Assembly: GCF_963921235.1 (NCBI RefSeq) | Contig: NC_086097.1 | Span: 245,336,001 to 245,400,000 of the forward strand | Source of the DNA: Mobula hypostoma | Lineage: Eukaryota | Direction of reading: 5' to 3' | DNA: 64,000 nt | In this document: piece after piece, positions 13,476 through 26,144 of the stretch | How the letters are laid out: each line of letters begins with the position of its first letter | How positions within the stretch are numbered: the first letter of the stretch is position 1 | Translations under genes and position numbers: made by a program | Notes under the pieces: generated by a model | What the model saw: the letters and a program-made list of their open reading frames with translations, nothing else | The model's database searches: none | Told to the model about the DNA's origin: nothing

Positions 13476-13921
13476 CTACACACATAAAGGTTGCTGGTGA
13501 ACGCAGCAGGCCAGGCAGCATCTCTAGGAAGAGGTGCAGTCGACGTTTCAGGCCGAGACCCTTCGTCAGGACTAACTGAAGGAAGAGTGAGTAAGGGATT
13601 TGAAAGTTGGAGGGGGAGGGGGAGATCCAAAATGATAGGAGAAGACAGGAGGGGGAGGGATGGAGCCAAGAGCTGGACAGGTGATAGGCAAAAGGGATAC
13701 GAGAGGATCATGGAACAGGAGGTCCGGGAAGAAAGACGGGGGGGGGGGGGAACTCAGAGGATGGGCAAGGGGTATATTCAGAGGGACAGAGGGAGAAAAA
13801 GGAGAGTGAGAGAAAGAATGTGTGTATAAAAATAAGTAACAGATGGGGTACAAGGGGGAGGTGGGGCATCAGCGGAAGTCGATGTTCATGCCATCAGGTT
13901 GGAGGCTACCCAGATGGAATA
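13476..13921 (-). mobile_element. Penelope-like element 3' fragment inserted in L1 ORF2
   Basis: Reverse complement is highly similar to 36780-37225. Confidence 0.85.
13537..13573 (-). ncRNA. Minimal type I hammerhead ribozyme motif, core intact
   Basis: Minus strand reads AGUC-CUGACGA-A-GGG-UCUCGG-CCU-GAAA-CG-UC-GACUG: helix I AGUC/GACU, CUGANGA and GAAA core, helix II, palindromic ACGU helix III, GUC cleavage triplet. Confidence 0.7.
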
Positions 13922-16900
13922 TTAGACCAATTAAATATTCCTGGACTTTCGGTTGATAATCGAATGCAGTTAGATCAACCTACTTCTCAGGAGGAAATCA
14001 CTGAGGCTATACGTTCATTGCATTCTGGGAAATCTCCAGGACCTGACGGATTCTCTGGAGAATTTTATAAGGCTTTTTCTTTATTGCTTATACCTTATTT
14101 ATGTTCTACCCTTACTGATTCCTTCAAGGTGGGTAGGTTGACAGTCTTTTTATGAAGCTTCCATTTAGTTTATTCTTAAAAAGAATAAGAATCCCACTGA
14201 ATGCTCTTCATATAGACCAATCTCTTTACTCAATGTTGATGTTAAGATCCTATGTAAAGTTTTGGCCCTTAGACTCGAGAATATTATACCTTCTATAATA
14301 TCTGATGATCAGACAGGATTTATTAAAAATCAATATTCCCATTTTAATATACAGCGATTGTTAAATGTTATTTATTTTCCATCCAAGGAAATATCAGAAT
14401 GTGTGATTTCTCTGGATGTGGAGATGGCTTTTGACCGAATTGAATGGAATTACCTATTTGAAACCTTAGAAAAATTTAATTTTGGGCCCAATTTTATTCT
14501 CTGGATTAAATTACTTTACTTATCTCCCTCTGCTTAGGTCTTTACTAACTTTCAGAATTCTAAACCAATTAAACTCCAACGTGGAACCAGACAAGGATGT
14601 CCGTTCAGCCCTTTGCTTTTTGATTTAGTATTAGAACCTTTAGCAATTGCCTTTCGAGAGTCTAAAGATATCACCGGTATCTTAAGGAAAGGTACTATTC
14701 ATAAAGTTTTGCTTTATGCTGATGACCTATTGCTTATTATATCTAATGTTACAACTTCTTTACCCTCTATGTTTCTTTTACTGACTAATTTTAGTCAGTT
14801 TTCAGGATATAAATTGAATTTACATAAAGAGTGAATTGTTTCCTTTAAATAAATAGATACCATCTGATATTAACCTTCCTTTTAAAATTGTAAGAAAACA
14901 ATTTACATATTTGGGTGTAACAATCACTAAGAATTATAAAGATCTATTCAAAGAAAATTTCTAATCTTAATGAATTATGTGAAAAAGACACTTCCTAATT
15001 GGTCGCTTCTCTCTTTATCAATTTTTTTAAACCATCTACGACTGATCTGTTTTTTAGAGAATGGGATAGATTAGGCATTAACCAATTTCAGGATCTGTTT
15101 GTTGGAGGGTATCTTTCTTCTTTTGAGCAGCTCTCAGTGAAATATATCAAATACCCACTTTTTTTCAATATCTACAGATTAGAGATTTTTTAAGATCTAA
15201 ACTACACATATTTCATACCCGCCCGGATAAGAACATAATAGATGTGTTTTTTTAATTTGAAACCTTTTGATAATGGCTCAATATCTTATATTTATGGTCT
15301 TTTGTTGGGACTGAGAATGGCTCCTTTAGACAAAATTAAAAAAGATTGGGAAAAGGATTTACAGACTTCATTATCTGATGAGACCTGGAGGGCTATTTTC
15401 AAAATGGTTAATTCTTCATCATTATGTGCTTGTCATTCCCTCCAAGTTAAAGTGGTATGTCTAAAGACAAGCTTTCTCATTTTTTTGCAGATATATCTCC
15501 TTATTGTGACAGATGTAATAATGGAGAGGTTTCATTAATTCGTATGTTTTGGTCATGTTCGAGCCTTGAAAAATATTGGAAAGATGTATTCCAAACTTTT
15601 TCTGTACTTATTAAAGTTAATTTTAACCCAATCCTTTAACTGCCTTATTTGGTATTGTTGAGGAAAGAGCTATAATTTTGGAGCCTTCTCATTTGTGGGT
15701 ACTGGCTTTTATTTCTCTTATGGCTAGGAGGACGATCTTGCTTAAATGGAAGGAGGTTGCCCCCCTCCCACATGCTCAATGGTTATGTGATGTTATGTCA
15801 TGTTTAAATTTAGAGAAGATTCATTGTTCGATTTCTGATTCTAATCAAGATTTCCAAATGTTATGGGACTATTTTGAATTAATTTGAAAATCTTTGAATT
15901 GTTAATTGTTATTAAAATATAGATCTGGGCTATTATTATAAAACACTATATGGTAAAGTACTCTTTTTTTTCTTTTGTTTTTTTTTACCAACCAGCTCTG
16001 TCTTGGTAGTGGGTGTAGATTTTTATAATATAATTAACAATATTATTGTATTTCATAATTCAATTTATTTTATTTGATTGAACATGAATATAGGATGCTG
16101 TGATTGTATCAGTGTGATTTATATATAATGCATTTTGTGCTACCTTATTTTGATTTATAATAAGTATCCTTATGAATTCTGTATTTGTGTATATGAAATT
16201 TAATAAAAATATTGGAAAAAGAAAGGAAAGCACCCCAAAGCGACCCCCCCCACCAGCAAAAACAAGGATCAGTGCCCTCCACCGAGCACTCAAGCTGTGC
16301 AGCAAAGCATCAGTAAAGACACAGATTTGCAGTACTCCAAAGACTACTTGTTCACCTGGTAATTTGACAGACCACAGGCTCTCTCTCTCTGTGTCCCTAA
16401 TAAGGAAAGAGATGTCCCCATTTCACAGTGAGAGGGGAGACATAAGAAGCAACTCGCTGATTTATGATGTTAAGAGTCTGTTGCATTCGTTTTTTTCTCT
16501 GTGCCCGGAGAGCTCAGGTCTCTGGACACACGGCCCACAGTAGCTGACCTGCTGCTCCTAACGTTCCGTGCTCTCCTGCGATGCCTCAGTCAGGGGCACT
16601 GGCCTTGAATCAGCTCGTCTCCAGAGCCACGAAAATCTGGCACCCTGAAGGCGCGCTAGTCTTCCAGGCCACATCCTTAGGATATCAAAAAGCAGCCGGT
16701 CCTGAGGCCCTGAGAGCAGGTCCCATTCCTGCAAAGAACCAAAGTCAGAGTGTAACTCCAGGTCAGGGTCTTCAGAAGAACCTTGAAAAGGAAAAAAAAA
16801 CCAAGATAGAAATGGAGCTGTTTACGAAGATGCAATCATAGGAGTCGCCATTTAGCGCCATCTTGACTTTACTCCGCCCCTCTTATTTCAGGGTTAATAA

Positions 16901-19421
16901 ACCTGATTCTGGATTCAGTGTTGGGATAAAGAGCACTTCAGCATTTAAATTAATGCTTCCATGGTTTCATAAATTATCAAGTTTGCTGATGGATCCAGAG
17001 ATACTTATGATGACTCCACACGGCACACTGGACAGTAACTCAAGTTCAAGTTCAAACTTAAGTTTAATTGTCATTCAACCATACACGAAAACAGCCAAAT
17101 GAAACAAAAATATTCTGGGGCCAAGGTGCAAAACACAATACTAACAGTCATACACAGCACATATAAGATAGCAGAAAAACATACAGTCTCACAAAAAAAT
17201 AGCCCAAGTTCCATAGTCCATAAATGTTGCAGCAATCAAATCAGATGGTATCCAAATTAAATCATCAAATTTTCAATGGTATCTGTGACTCAAATTGAGG
17301 AAAAGTATGTTTGAGACTGCTCACCATGACCTAATATCAGGCCTTGCAGATAAGTAACTTTCAAATTTTAAAATTTTAAACAGCTTCACTCCCAATTCTC
17401 CCAATACATTCCCAATTCTCCGCTTGAACATAAATCTGAGGGAAAAATTAAACCAAGATGCCGTGAAATAACAAACACAGGCCAGTTCTCCCAATACCAG
17501 GACAATGGCAAAGAGCACAATTCTAAAATTACCAAGGGGAAAATGATTCATCCAGTAGCCTGTGGATAATGTAGTCTCCTCACATCCAGTGCCCCAGAGA
17601 ACAGGCCAGGCAGCATCTATTGGAAGAGGTACCTCTTCCAATTGATAGAAACATAGAAAATAGGTGCAGGAGTAGGCCATTCGGCCCTTCGAGCCTGCAC
17701 CGCCATTCAGTATGATCATGGCTGATCATCCAACTCAGAACCCTGTACCTGCCTTCCCTCCATACCCCCTGATCCCTTTAGCCACAAGGGCCATATCTAA
17801 CTCCCTCTTAAATATAGCCAATGAATTGGCCTCAACTGTTTCCTGTGGCAGAGAATTCCACAGATTCACCACTCTCCGTGTGAAGAAGTTTTTCCTCATC
17901 ACGGTCCTAAAAGGCTTCCCCTTTATCCTCAAACTGTGACCCCTCGTTCTGGACTTCCCCAACATTGGGAACAATCTTCCTACATCCAGCCTGTCCAATC
18001 CCTTTAGAATTTTATATGTTTCAATCAGATCCCCCCTCAATCTTCTAAATTCCAGAGAGTATAAGCCTAGCCGATCCAGTCTTTTATCATATGAAAGTCC
18101 TGCCATCCCAGGAATCAATCTGGTGAACCTTATTTGTACTCCCTCTATGGCAAGCATGTCTTTCCTCAGATTAGGGGACCAAAACTGCACACAATACTCC
18201 AGGTGTGGTCTCACCAAGGCCTTGTACAACTGCAGTAGTACCTCCCTGCTCCTGTACTCGAATCCCCTTGCTATGAATGCCAGCATACCATTCGCCTTTT
18301 TCACCGCCTGCTGTACCTGCATGCCCACTTTCAATGACTGGTGTATAATGACACCCAGGTCTCGTTGCACCTCCCCTTTTCCTAATCGGCCACCATTCAG
18401 GTAATAATCTGTTTTCCTGTTCTTGCCACCAAAGTGGATAACCTCACATTTATCCACATTAAATTGCATCTACCATGAATTTGCCCACTCACCTAACCTA
18501 TCCAAGTCACCCTGCATCCTCTTAGCATCCTCCTCACAGCTAACACTGCCACCCAGCTTCGTGTCATCCGCAAACTTGGAGATGCTGCATTTAATTCCCT
18601 TGTCTAAGTCATTAATATATATTGTAAACAACTGGGGTCCCAGCACTGAGCCTTGCGGTACCCCACTCGTCACTGCCTGCCATTCTGAAAAGGTCCCGTT
18701 TATTCCCACTCTTTGCCTCCTGTCTGCCAACCAATTCTGTATCCACATCAATACCATACCCCCAATACCGTGTGCTTTAAGTTTACACACTAATCTCCTG
18801 TATGGGACCTTGTCAAAAGCCTTTTGAAAATCCAAATATACCACATCCACTGGTTCTCCCCTATCCACTCTACTAGTTACATCCTCAAAAAATTCTATGA
18901 GATTCGTCAGACGTGATTTTCCTTTCACAAATCCATGCTGACTTCGTTTGATGATTTCACCGCTTTCCAAATGTGCTGTTAACACATCTTTGATAACTGA
19001 CTCTAGCATTTTCCCCACCACCGATGTCAGGCTTAATTCCCCGGTTTCTCTCTCCCTCCTTTTTTAAAAAGTGGGGTTACATTAGCTACCCTCCAATCCT
19101 CAGGAACTAATCCAGAATCTAAAGAGTTTTGAAAAATTATCACTAATGCATCCACTATTTCTTGTGCTACCTCCTTAAGCACTCTGGGATGCAGACCATC
19201 TGGCCCTGGGGATTTATCTGCATTTAATCCCTTCAATTTACCTAACACCACTTCCCTACTAACATGTATTTCCTTCAGTTCCTCCATCTCACGAGACCCT
19301 AGGTCCCCTACTATTTCCGGAAGATTATTTACGTCCTCCTTAGTGAAGACAGAACCAAGGTAGTTATTCAATTAGTCTGCCATGTCCTTGTTCCCCATGA
19401 TCAATTCACCTGTTTCTGACT

Positions 19422-19637
19422 CATAAACACAAAATAATCTGCAGATGCTGGGGTCAAAGCAACACTCACAACACGCTGGAGGAACTCAGCAAGTCGGGCA
19501 GCATCCGTGGAAAAGATCGGTCGACGTTTCGGGCCGGAACCCTTCGGTCCTGATGAAGGGTTCCGGCCCGAAATGTCGACCGATCTTTTCCACGGATGCT
19601 GCCCGACCTGCTGAGTTCCTCCAGCGTGTTGTGAGTG
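19422..19637. mobile_element. PLE-derived fold-back mini-element with 16 bp TSD
   Basis: Inverted arms at about 19462-19545 and 19555-19638; tcacctgtttctgact occurs at 19406-19421 and 19638-19653. Confidence 0.9.
19545..19582 (+). ncRNA. Minimal type I hammerhead ribozyme motif
   Basis: CGGUC-CUGAUGA-A-GGG-UUCCGG-CCC-GAAA-UG-UC-GACCG; helix I is CGGUC/GACCG. Confidence 0.65.
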
Positions 19638-19844
19638 TCACCTGTTTCTGACTGTAAGGGACCTACATTTGTCTTAACCAATCTTTTTCTCTTCACATAT
19701 CTATAAAAGCTTTTACAGTCAGTTTTTATGTTCCCTGCCAGCTTTCTCTCATAATCTTTTTTCCCTTTCCTAATTAAGCCCTTTGTCCTCCTCTGCTGGA
19801 CTCTGAATTTCTCCCAATCCTCAGGTAGCACTCGCTACTGCTCC

Positions 19845-21192
19845 GTAGCACTCACATCTACTGTGATGAAATGCTTTGAGAAGTTGATCATGACTTGTCC
19901 GAACTCCTGCCTCAGCAAGGACCTGGAACCATTGCAATTTGTGCATTGCCACAATAGGTCAACAGCAGATGCAGTCTCAATGGCTCGCCACACGGACTTA
20001 GACCACCTGGACAACATAAACACCTATGTCAGGATGATGTTCATCAACTATAGCTCAGCACTTAATACCATCATTCCCACAATCCTGATTGAGAAGTTGC
20101 AGAACCTGGGCCTCTGTACCTCCCTCTGCAACTGGATCCTCAACTTCCTAACCAGAAGATCACAATCTGTGCTGTTTGGTGATAACATCTCCTCCTAGCT
20201 GACGATCAACACTGGCGCACCTCAGGGGTGTGTGCTTAGCCCACTGCTCTACTCTCTCTACACCCATGACCATGTGGCTAGGTATAGCTCAAATACCATC
20301 TATAAATTTGCTGATGATACAACCATTGTTGGTAGAATCTCAGATGGTGATGAGAGGGTGTACAGGAGAAAGATGTGCCAACTAGTTGATTGGTGTCACA
20401 GCAACATCCTGGCACTAAACGTCAGTAAGACAAAAGAGCTGATTGTTGACTTCAGGAAGGGTAAGATGAAGGAACACATACCAACCCTCATAGAGGGATC
20501 AGAAGTGAAGAGAGTGAGCAGATTCAATTTCTTGGGTGTCAAGATCTCTGAGGATCTAACCTGGTCCCAACATACTGATGCAGTTATAAAGAAGGCAAGA
20601 CAGCGATTATACTTCATTAGGAGTTTGAAGAGATTTGGTTTGTCAACAAATACACTCAAGAACTTCTATAGATGTACTATGGAGAGCATTCTGACAGGCT
20701 GCATCACTGTCTGGTATGGAGGGGCTACTGCACAGGACCAAAAGAAGCTGCAGAGGGTTGTAAATTTAGTCAGCTCCATCTTGGGTACTACCCTACAAAG
20801 TTCCCAGAACACCTTCAACGAGCAGTGTCTCAGAAAGGCAGTGTCCATTATTAAGGACCTCCAGCACCCAGAGCATGCCCTTTTCTCACTGGTACCATCA
20901 GGTAGGAGATACAGAAGCCTGAAGGCACACACTCAGCGATTCAGGAACAGCTTCTCCCCTTTGCCATCCAATTCCTAAATGGACATTGAACCCTTGAACA
21001 CCACCTCACTTTTTAAACAAATATTATTTCTGTTTCTTGCACGATTTTTAATCTATTCAATATACATATACTGTTATTTATTTATTTATTTATTATTATT
21101 TTTCTTCTTCTATATTATGTATTGCATTGAACTGCTGCTGCTAAGTTAACAAATTTCACAACACATGCCAGTGGTAATAAACCTGATTCTGA
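19845..21192 (+). mobile_element. Rex1/Babar-clade LINE, 5'-truncated
   Basis: [48 protein letters not shown] and RFRNSF; aataaacctgattctga tail. Confidence 0.85.
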
Positions 21193-21194
21193 AC

Positions 21195-22330
21195 TGACCT
21201 TCTCCCTTTTAACAGTAACTGCACTCACTTCTCTTCCTTCACACCCTTCAACACCTGGCACACTGCTAGTGTCTTCCACAGTGAAGACTGATGCAAAATA
21301 CTCATTTAGTTCATCTGCCATCTCCTTGTTCCCTGTTATTATTTCTCCTGTCTCATTTACTAGTGGTCCTATATCCACTCTCAACTTTCTTTTATTTTTA
21401 TATACTTGAATAAGCTTTTTCTATCCTCCTTGATATTTTTTACCAGTTTGCTTTCATGCTTCATCTCTTCTCTCCTAGTAATTCTTTTAGTTGCTTTCTG
21501 TAGATATTTTAAAGCTTCCCAATTCTCCATCTTCCCGGTAAGTTTAACTTTCTTGTATGCCCTCTCTTTTGCTTTTACATTAGATTTAATTTCTCTTGTC
21601 AGCCACAGTTGTACTATTTTGCTATTTCAGTATTTCTTCGATTTTGGAATACATCTATTCTGCATCTTCCCCATTTTTCCTAGAAACCCAAGCCATTGCT
21701 GCTCGCTGTTATCCCTGCCAGCATTTCCTTCTAATTTACTTTGGCCAACTCATTTTACATACCACTGTAATTTCCTTTACTCCACTGAAATACAGCTACA
21801 TCAGACTTTACTTTCTCCCTATCAAATATCAAGTTAAACTCAATCATATAGTGATCACTGTCTCATAAGGGTTCCCTTCCCTTAAACTCCTTAATCACCT
21901 CCAGTTAATTATATAACACCCAATCCAATATCACTGATCCCTTCGTTGACTCAACGACAAGCTGCTCTAAAAAGCCATCTCCTAGGCATTCAACAAATTC
22001 ACTCTCTTGAGCTGCATTACCAACCTAGTTTTCCCTATCTACCTGCATGTTAAAATCTCCCATGAATATCATAACATTGCCCTTTTGACACGCCTCTTCT
22101 ATTTCCCATTGTAACCTGCAGTCCACATCCCAGCTACTGTTGGGAGGCCTGTACATAACTGCCATCAGGGTCCTTTTACCCTTGCAGTTTCTCAGCTCAA
22201 CCTACAAGGATTCATCATCTTCCGATCCTATGTCACATCTTTCTAATAATTTGATGCCATTCTTTATCAGCAGAACCATGCGACCCCCTCTGCCTACCTT
22301 CTTCTCCGTCCAGTACAATGTGTAACATTG
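21195..22330 (-). mobile_element. CR1 LINE internal fragment (endonuclease to linker)
   Basis: ORF 21115-21384 reads EMADELNEYFASVFTVED; colinear with 27750-28870. Confidence 0.8.
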
Positions 22331-23070
22331 GACAGCGGCACAGACAGAGTAGAAGCATTCCTACGTAAGTCCAGAGCAGAGCTTGAAAAGCCCAGTCTCC
22401 ATAAAAGTATCATCTAGTGGAGAGGTCATCATGGGAGTGGCCTGAGTCAGACTGGTAAGGCTTTGGCTCAACAGGCGGACGCGATGTAAGTAGGTAAGTT
22501 TATTTCTTATTTCTTTTTCTTATTAAACTCTTGAAAGAATGGGGGGTATGTCTGCAAGACAAGTGTTCTGTTCTGGGTGTCTGATGTGGGATTTCCAGGA
22601 ATCTACCAACCTCCTTGGTGGCCAGATCTACACCAGGTGCATTGAGATGCAGCTCCTTGGAGACTGTGTTAGGGAACTGGAGCTGCAGCTTGATGATATT
22701 TGGCTTGTTAGGGGAAGTGAGGAGCTACAGGGAGCTAGTCACCCCAAGGCTACAGGAGACAGATAAATGGGTGACCGTCAAGAGAGGGAAGGGAAAATGT
22801 CAGTTAGTGGAGAGCACTCCTGTAGCCATTCCACTCAACAATAAGTACACCTTTTTGAGTAATGTTCTTGCAGGGGCGGGTGGGGGGGGGGAAGCAACAT
22901 CGGCCATGCCTTTGGCAATGTGTCTGGCCCTGTGACTCAGAAGAGTAGGGAACTGAAGAGGCAACAGTAAGAGGGGATTCTATAGGAAGGGGGACAGATA
23001 GGCGATTCTGTGGACGTGAAAAAGAAACACAGATGGTAGTTTGCCTCCCAGGTGCCAGGGTACGCGATGT
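22331..23070 (+). mobile_element. CR1 5' UTR plus ORF1 fragment (Cys-rich zinc-finger-like region, coiled coil, start of esterase)
   Basis: ORF 22539-22766 (VFCSGCLMW...TRC...VRELELQL) is homologous to 29662-30150. Confidence 0.75.
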
Positions 23071-23722
23071 TAATTTCCAGTTTGAGTCAGTGGTGAGTAA
23101 GGCAAATGTGATGTTAGCATTCATTTCAAGAGGACCAGAATATAAAAGCAAGGATGTAATATTGAGACTTTATAAAGCACTGGTGAGGCCTCACTTGGAG
23201 TATTGTGAGCAGTTTTGGTCCTCTTATCTTAGAAAGGATGTGCTGAAACTGGGGAGGATTCAAAGAAGGCTGATGAAAATGATTCCAGGATTGAACGGCT
23301 TGTCATATGAAAAGTGTTTGTTGGCTCTGGGCCTGTATTCACTGGAATTCAGAAGTGTGAAGGGCGACCTCAATGAAACCTATCAAATGGTGAAAAGCCT
23401 TGACAGAATAGAGGTGAAGAGGATGTTTCCTATGGTGGGAGAGTTAAGACCAGAGGACAGAGGCACAGAGTGGAGGGGGTCCTTTTAGAATGGAGATGAG
23501 GAAGAATTTCTTTAGTGGTGTACCTGTGGAATTTGTTGCCACAGGCAACCATGGAGGCCAAGTCTTTATGCATATTTAAGGCAGAGGTTGATAGATCCTT
23601 GATTGGTCAGTACATGAGGGGACTGGAAAGAAAAAATGGATCAGCCATGATGAAATGGTGGAGCAGTCTTGATGGGCCAAATGGTCTCATTCTGCTCCTA
23701 CATCTTATGGTCTAATGGTCTT
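23071..23722 (+). mobile_element. CR1 LINE 3' fragment
   Basis: LYKALVRPHLEYC and LGLYSLEFR. Confidence 0.85.
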
Positions 23723-24844
23723 AAAGCAACCAGGATCATCAAAGATTCCACCCATCCTGAATAATCTCTCACCTACCCTATTCCATCAGGCACAAGATAG
23801 AAAAGCCTGAGAACACATACTTCCAGGCTCAAAGACAGCTTCTATCCCACTGTTATCAAGCATCTTGTATGGTAAGATGGAATCTTGGCTTCACAATCTA
23901 TCTCGCTATTATCTTGCACTTTATAGTTTACCTGCACTGCACATTTTCGGAAGCTTTTACTCTTTATTCTGCTTTTGTTATTGTTTTACCTTGTTCTACC
24001 TCAATGCACTGTATATTGATTTGATCTGAATGAACAGTATGTAAGACAAGCTTTTCACTGAACAACAAACCGATCCCAGATTCAGATTCACATGTATATT
24101 GAGACACGAGTGGCAGTGTGGAGATACGTCTCTACCAAAGGAGACGCAAGGCCCTCCTTCCCTCCGCTAGCCGGTAGGTCACCCCTTGAGGTTTAGCCCC
24201 CTGATCAGGGTCACAAGAAGCCACGGGATGGTCGTATGAGCAGCTGGTGCATATCACAAGTCCTGGTTGTGCGACCACTGACGCCAGGCAGACCACCTCT
24301 GAAGAATATTATTCATGGCTGGGCTCACCCATCTTCCCCGGCAGACTCGTTTGTGCACTCACAGACCCATCGGGCCTTGACTTCCAGCCTTTCAATCCAC
24401 CTTCGGGCTTCAATATCAACCCCAGGATTTACTGACGATGGGACCCCAGACATCGAGTCTCAAACTCTGGACTCACCAGTATCAATACATCCATCAGCTG
24501 ACAAGAATGAGATAATTAATCAGCAGAGGAAAGAGTGAGGGGAGAAAGAAGGTTTTAAGCCAAAATAACAAAGTTCAGAGATTTTCACACAAAAGGCTGC
24601 ACTCCAGCCCCGGTGAAGACGACCACACTGTATTACAACAGTGGGAGATACCTGTCCCCTAGTGGCTATGAAGAGGATGGCCAGATGGAAACACTGGACA
24701 CAAGCTAATCTATACAAGCATGGAGTATGGAAAATTAACTATCAAGTGACAATGGAACTTGTGTTTTTCTTTGAAAAGTTTTGATTCTTCTATGTCCATC
24801 AAAGAACATTGGGACCCCCCCCCCCCGGACAAATGTACCCAAAA

Positions 24845-25755
24845 TGTAATGCTGAGGCTTTATAAGGCATTGGTCAGACTGTATTCGGAATACCGCAAGC
24901 AGTTTTGTGCCCATTCTATGAAATGAAGTGTTGAGCATCCAAACAAGGTTCACAAGAATGATCCCGGGAATGAAAGGGTTAATGTATCAGGAGCACTTAA
25001 TGGTTCCGGGGCTATGTTCATTTGAGTTTAGAAAGATGAGGGGAGATCTCATTGAAACCTATTGAATAGGTATTGAATGCAGGCAGGAAGCATGTTCCCA
25101 CTGATGGGTGAGTCCAGAACCAGAGGCCACAGTTTAAGAATAAGGGATAGGCCATTTGGAATGGAGTTGAGGAAAAACTTTTTTCACCCAGAGAGTGGTG
25201 GATATATGGAATGCTCTGTCCCAGAAGGCTGTGGAGGCCAAGTCTCTGGATGCTTTCAAAAAAGAGATGGATAGAGCTCTTAAAGATAGTGGAATCAAAG
25301 GTTATGGGGATAGGGCAGGAACTGGATACTGATTGTGGATGATCAGCCATGATCACAGTGAATGGTGGTGCTGGCTCGAAGGGCCGAATGGCCTACTCCT
25401 GCACCTATTGTCTATTGTCTAATATTGAAAGCCCCAGATGGGGTGCACATGGAGAAAACCTTTCCGACAGTGAGTGAGTCTAGAACCATAAGGAATAGCC
25501 TCAGAATAGAAGGACAGCCCTTTAGGATGGAGATGAGGAGGAATTTCTTTAGCCAGAGGGTGATGAATCTGTGGAATTCATTACCATGGATGGCAATGGA
25601 GGCCAAGTCATTGGGTATATTTAAAGTGGAGTTGATAGGTTCTTGTTCAGTAAGGGCATCAAAGGTTACAGAAGAAAGGGTTGAGAGTGAAGAGAAATCA
25701 GCCATAGTGAAGCAGGCTTGAGGGGCCAAATGACCTAATTCTGTCTTTTGAGTCC
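24845..25755 (+). mobile_element. CR1 3' fragments; a younger copy (about 25078-25420) is nested in an older one
   Basis: Two successive ESRTRGHSLRI-type C-termini; the inner copy ends in a ctattgtctattgtct tail. Confidence 0.8.
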
Positions 25756-26144
25756 TACGGTCTTAAAATAGGTGTATAGTAACCAACACGAAGATCCCAA
25801 CATTGATCCCAACTTTAAACTCTCAGATGTTTGGAGGCCTCCATTAAGAACTCTGTTATACAGTATTATTATTTCATGCATGTTATTTGTTGCTATTTAT
25901 TTGCATCTGCATTTGCATTTTGTTTACAGTTTCTGATGTTTGCCCTATAGATATGCTAAGTACATCTGAAGGAAAAGAAAGAATCTCAGGGCTGTATGTG
26001 GTGACATGTATGCACTCTGATAATAAATTTTACCTTGAACTTTTAAAGTATGGGGAAGATGTTAGAGATACCTTTTTATCAACACAGGAGATGGTTGATG
26101 TGTGGAATGTGCTGACATGGGTAAAGGTAGAGACAGATACCATA

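Larger units (their letters stand above)
12350..15890 (+). pseudogene. L1 ORF2p (AP endonuclease plus RT), multiply disrupted
   Basis: SFNVKGLN, FLQETH, NVYAPN, GGDFN, KSPGPDGF, DQTGFI, LYADD and CDRC...MFWSC, spread over several frames. Confidence 0.9.
10957..16231 (+). mobile_element. Near full-length degenerate L1-clade LINE
   Basis: ORF1, spacer, ORF2 (APE-RT-C-terminal Cys motif) and an A-rich tail. Direct repeat accccaaag at 10948-10956 and 16232-16240. Confidence 0.9.
17645..19825 (-). mobile_element. Young 5'-truncated CR1 LINE (RT to 3' UTR)
   Basis: ORFs 19466-19831, 19033-19371, 18470-19021 and 17735-18469 give [31 protein letters not shown] and RPHLEYC; short tandem tail near 17645. 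Confidence 0.95.
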
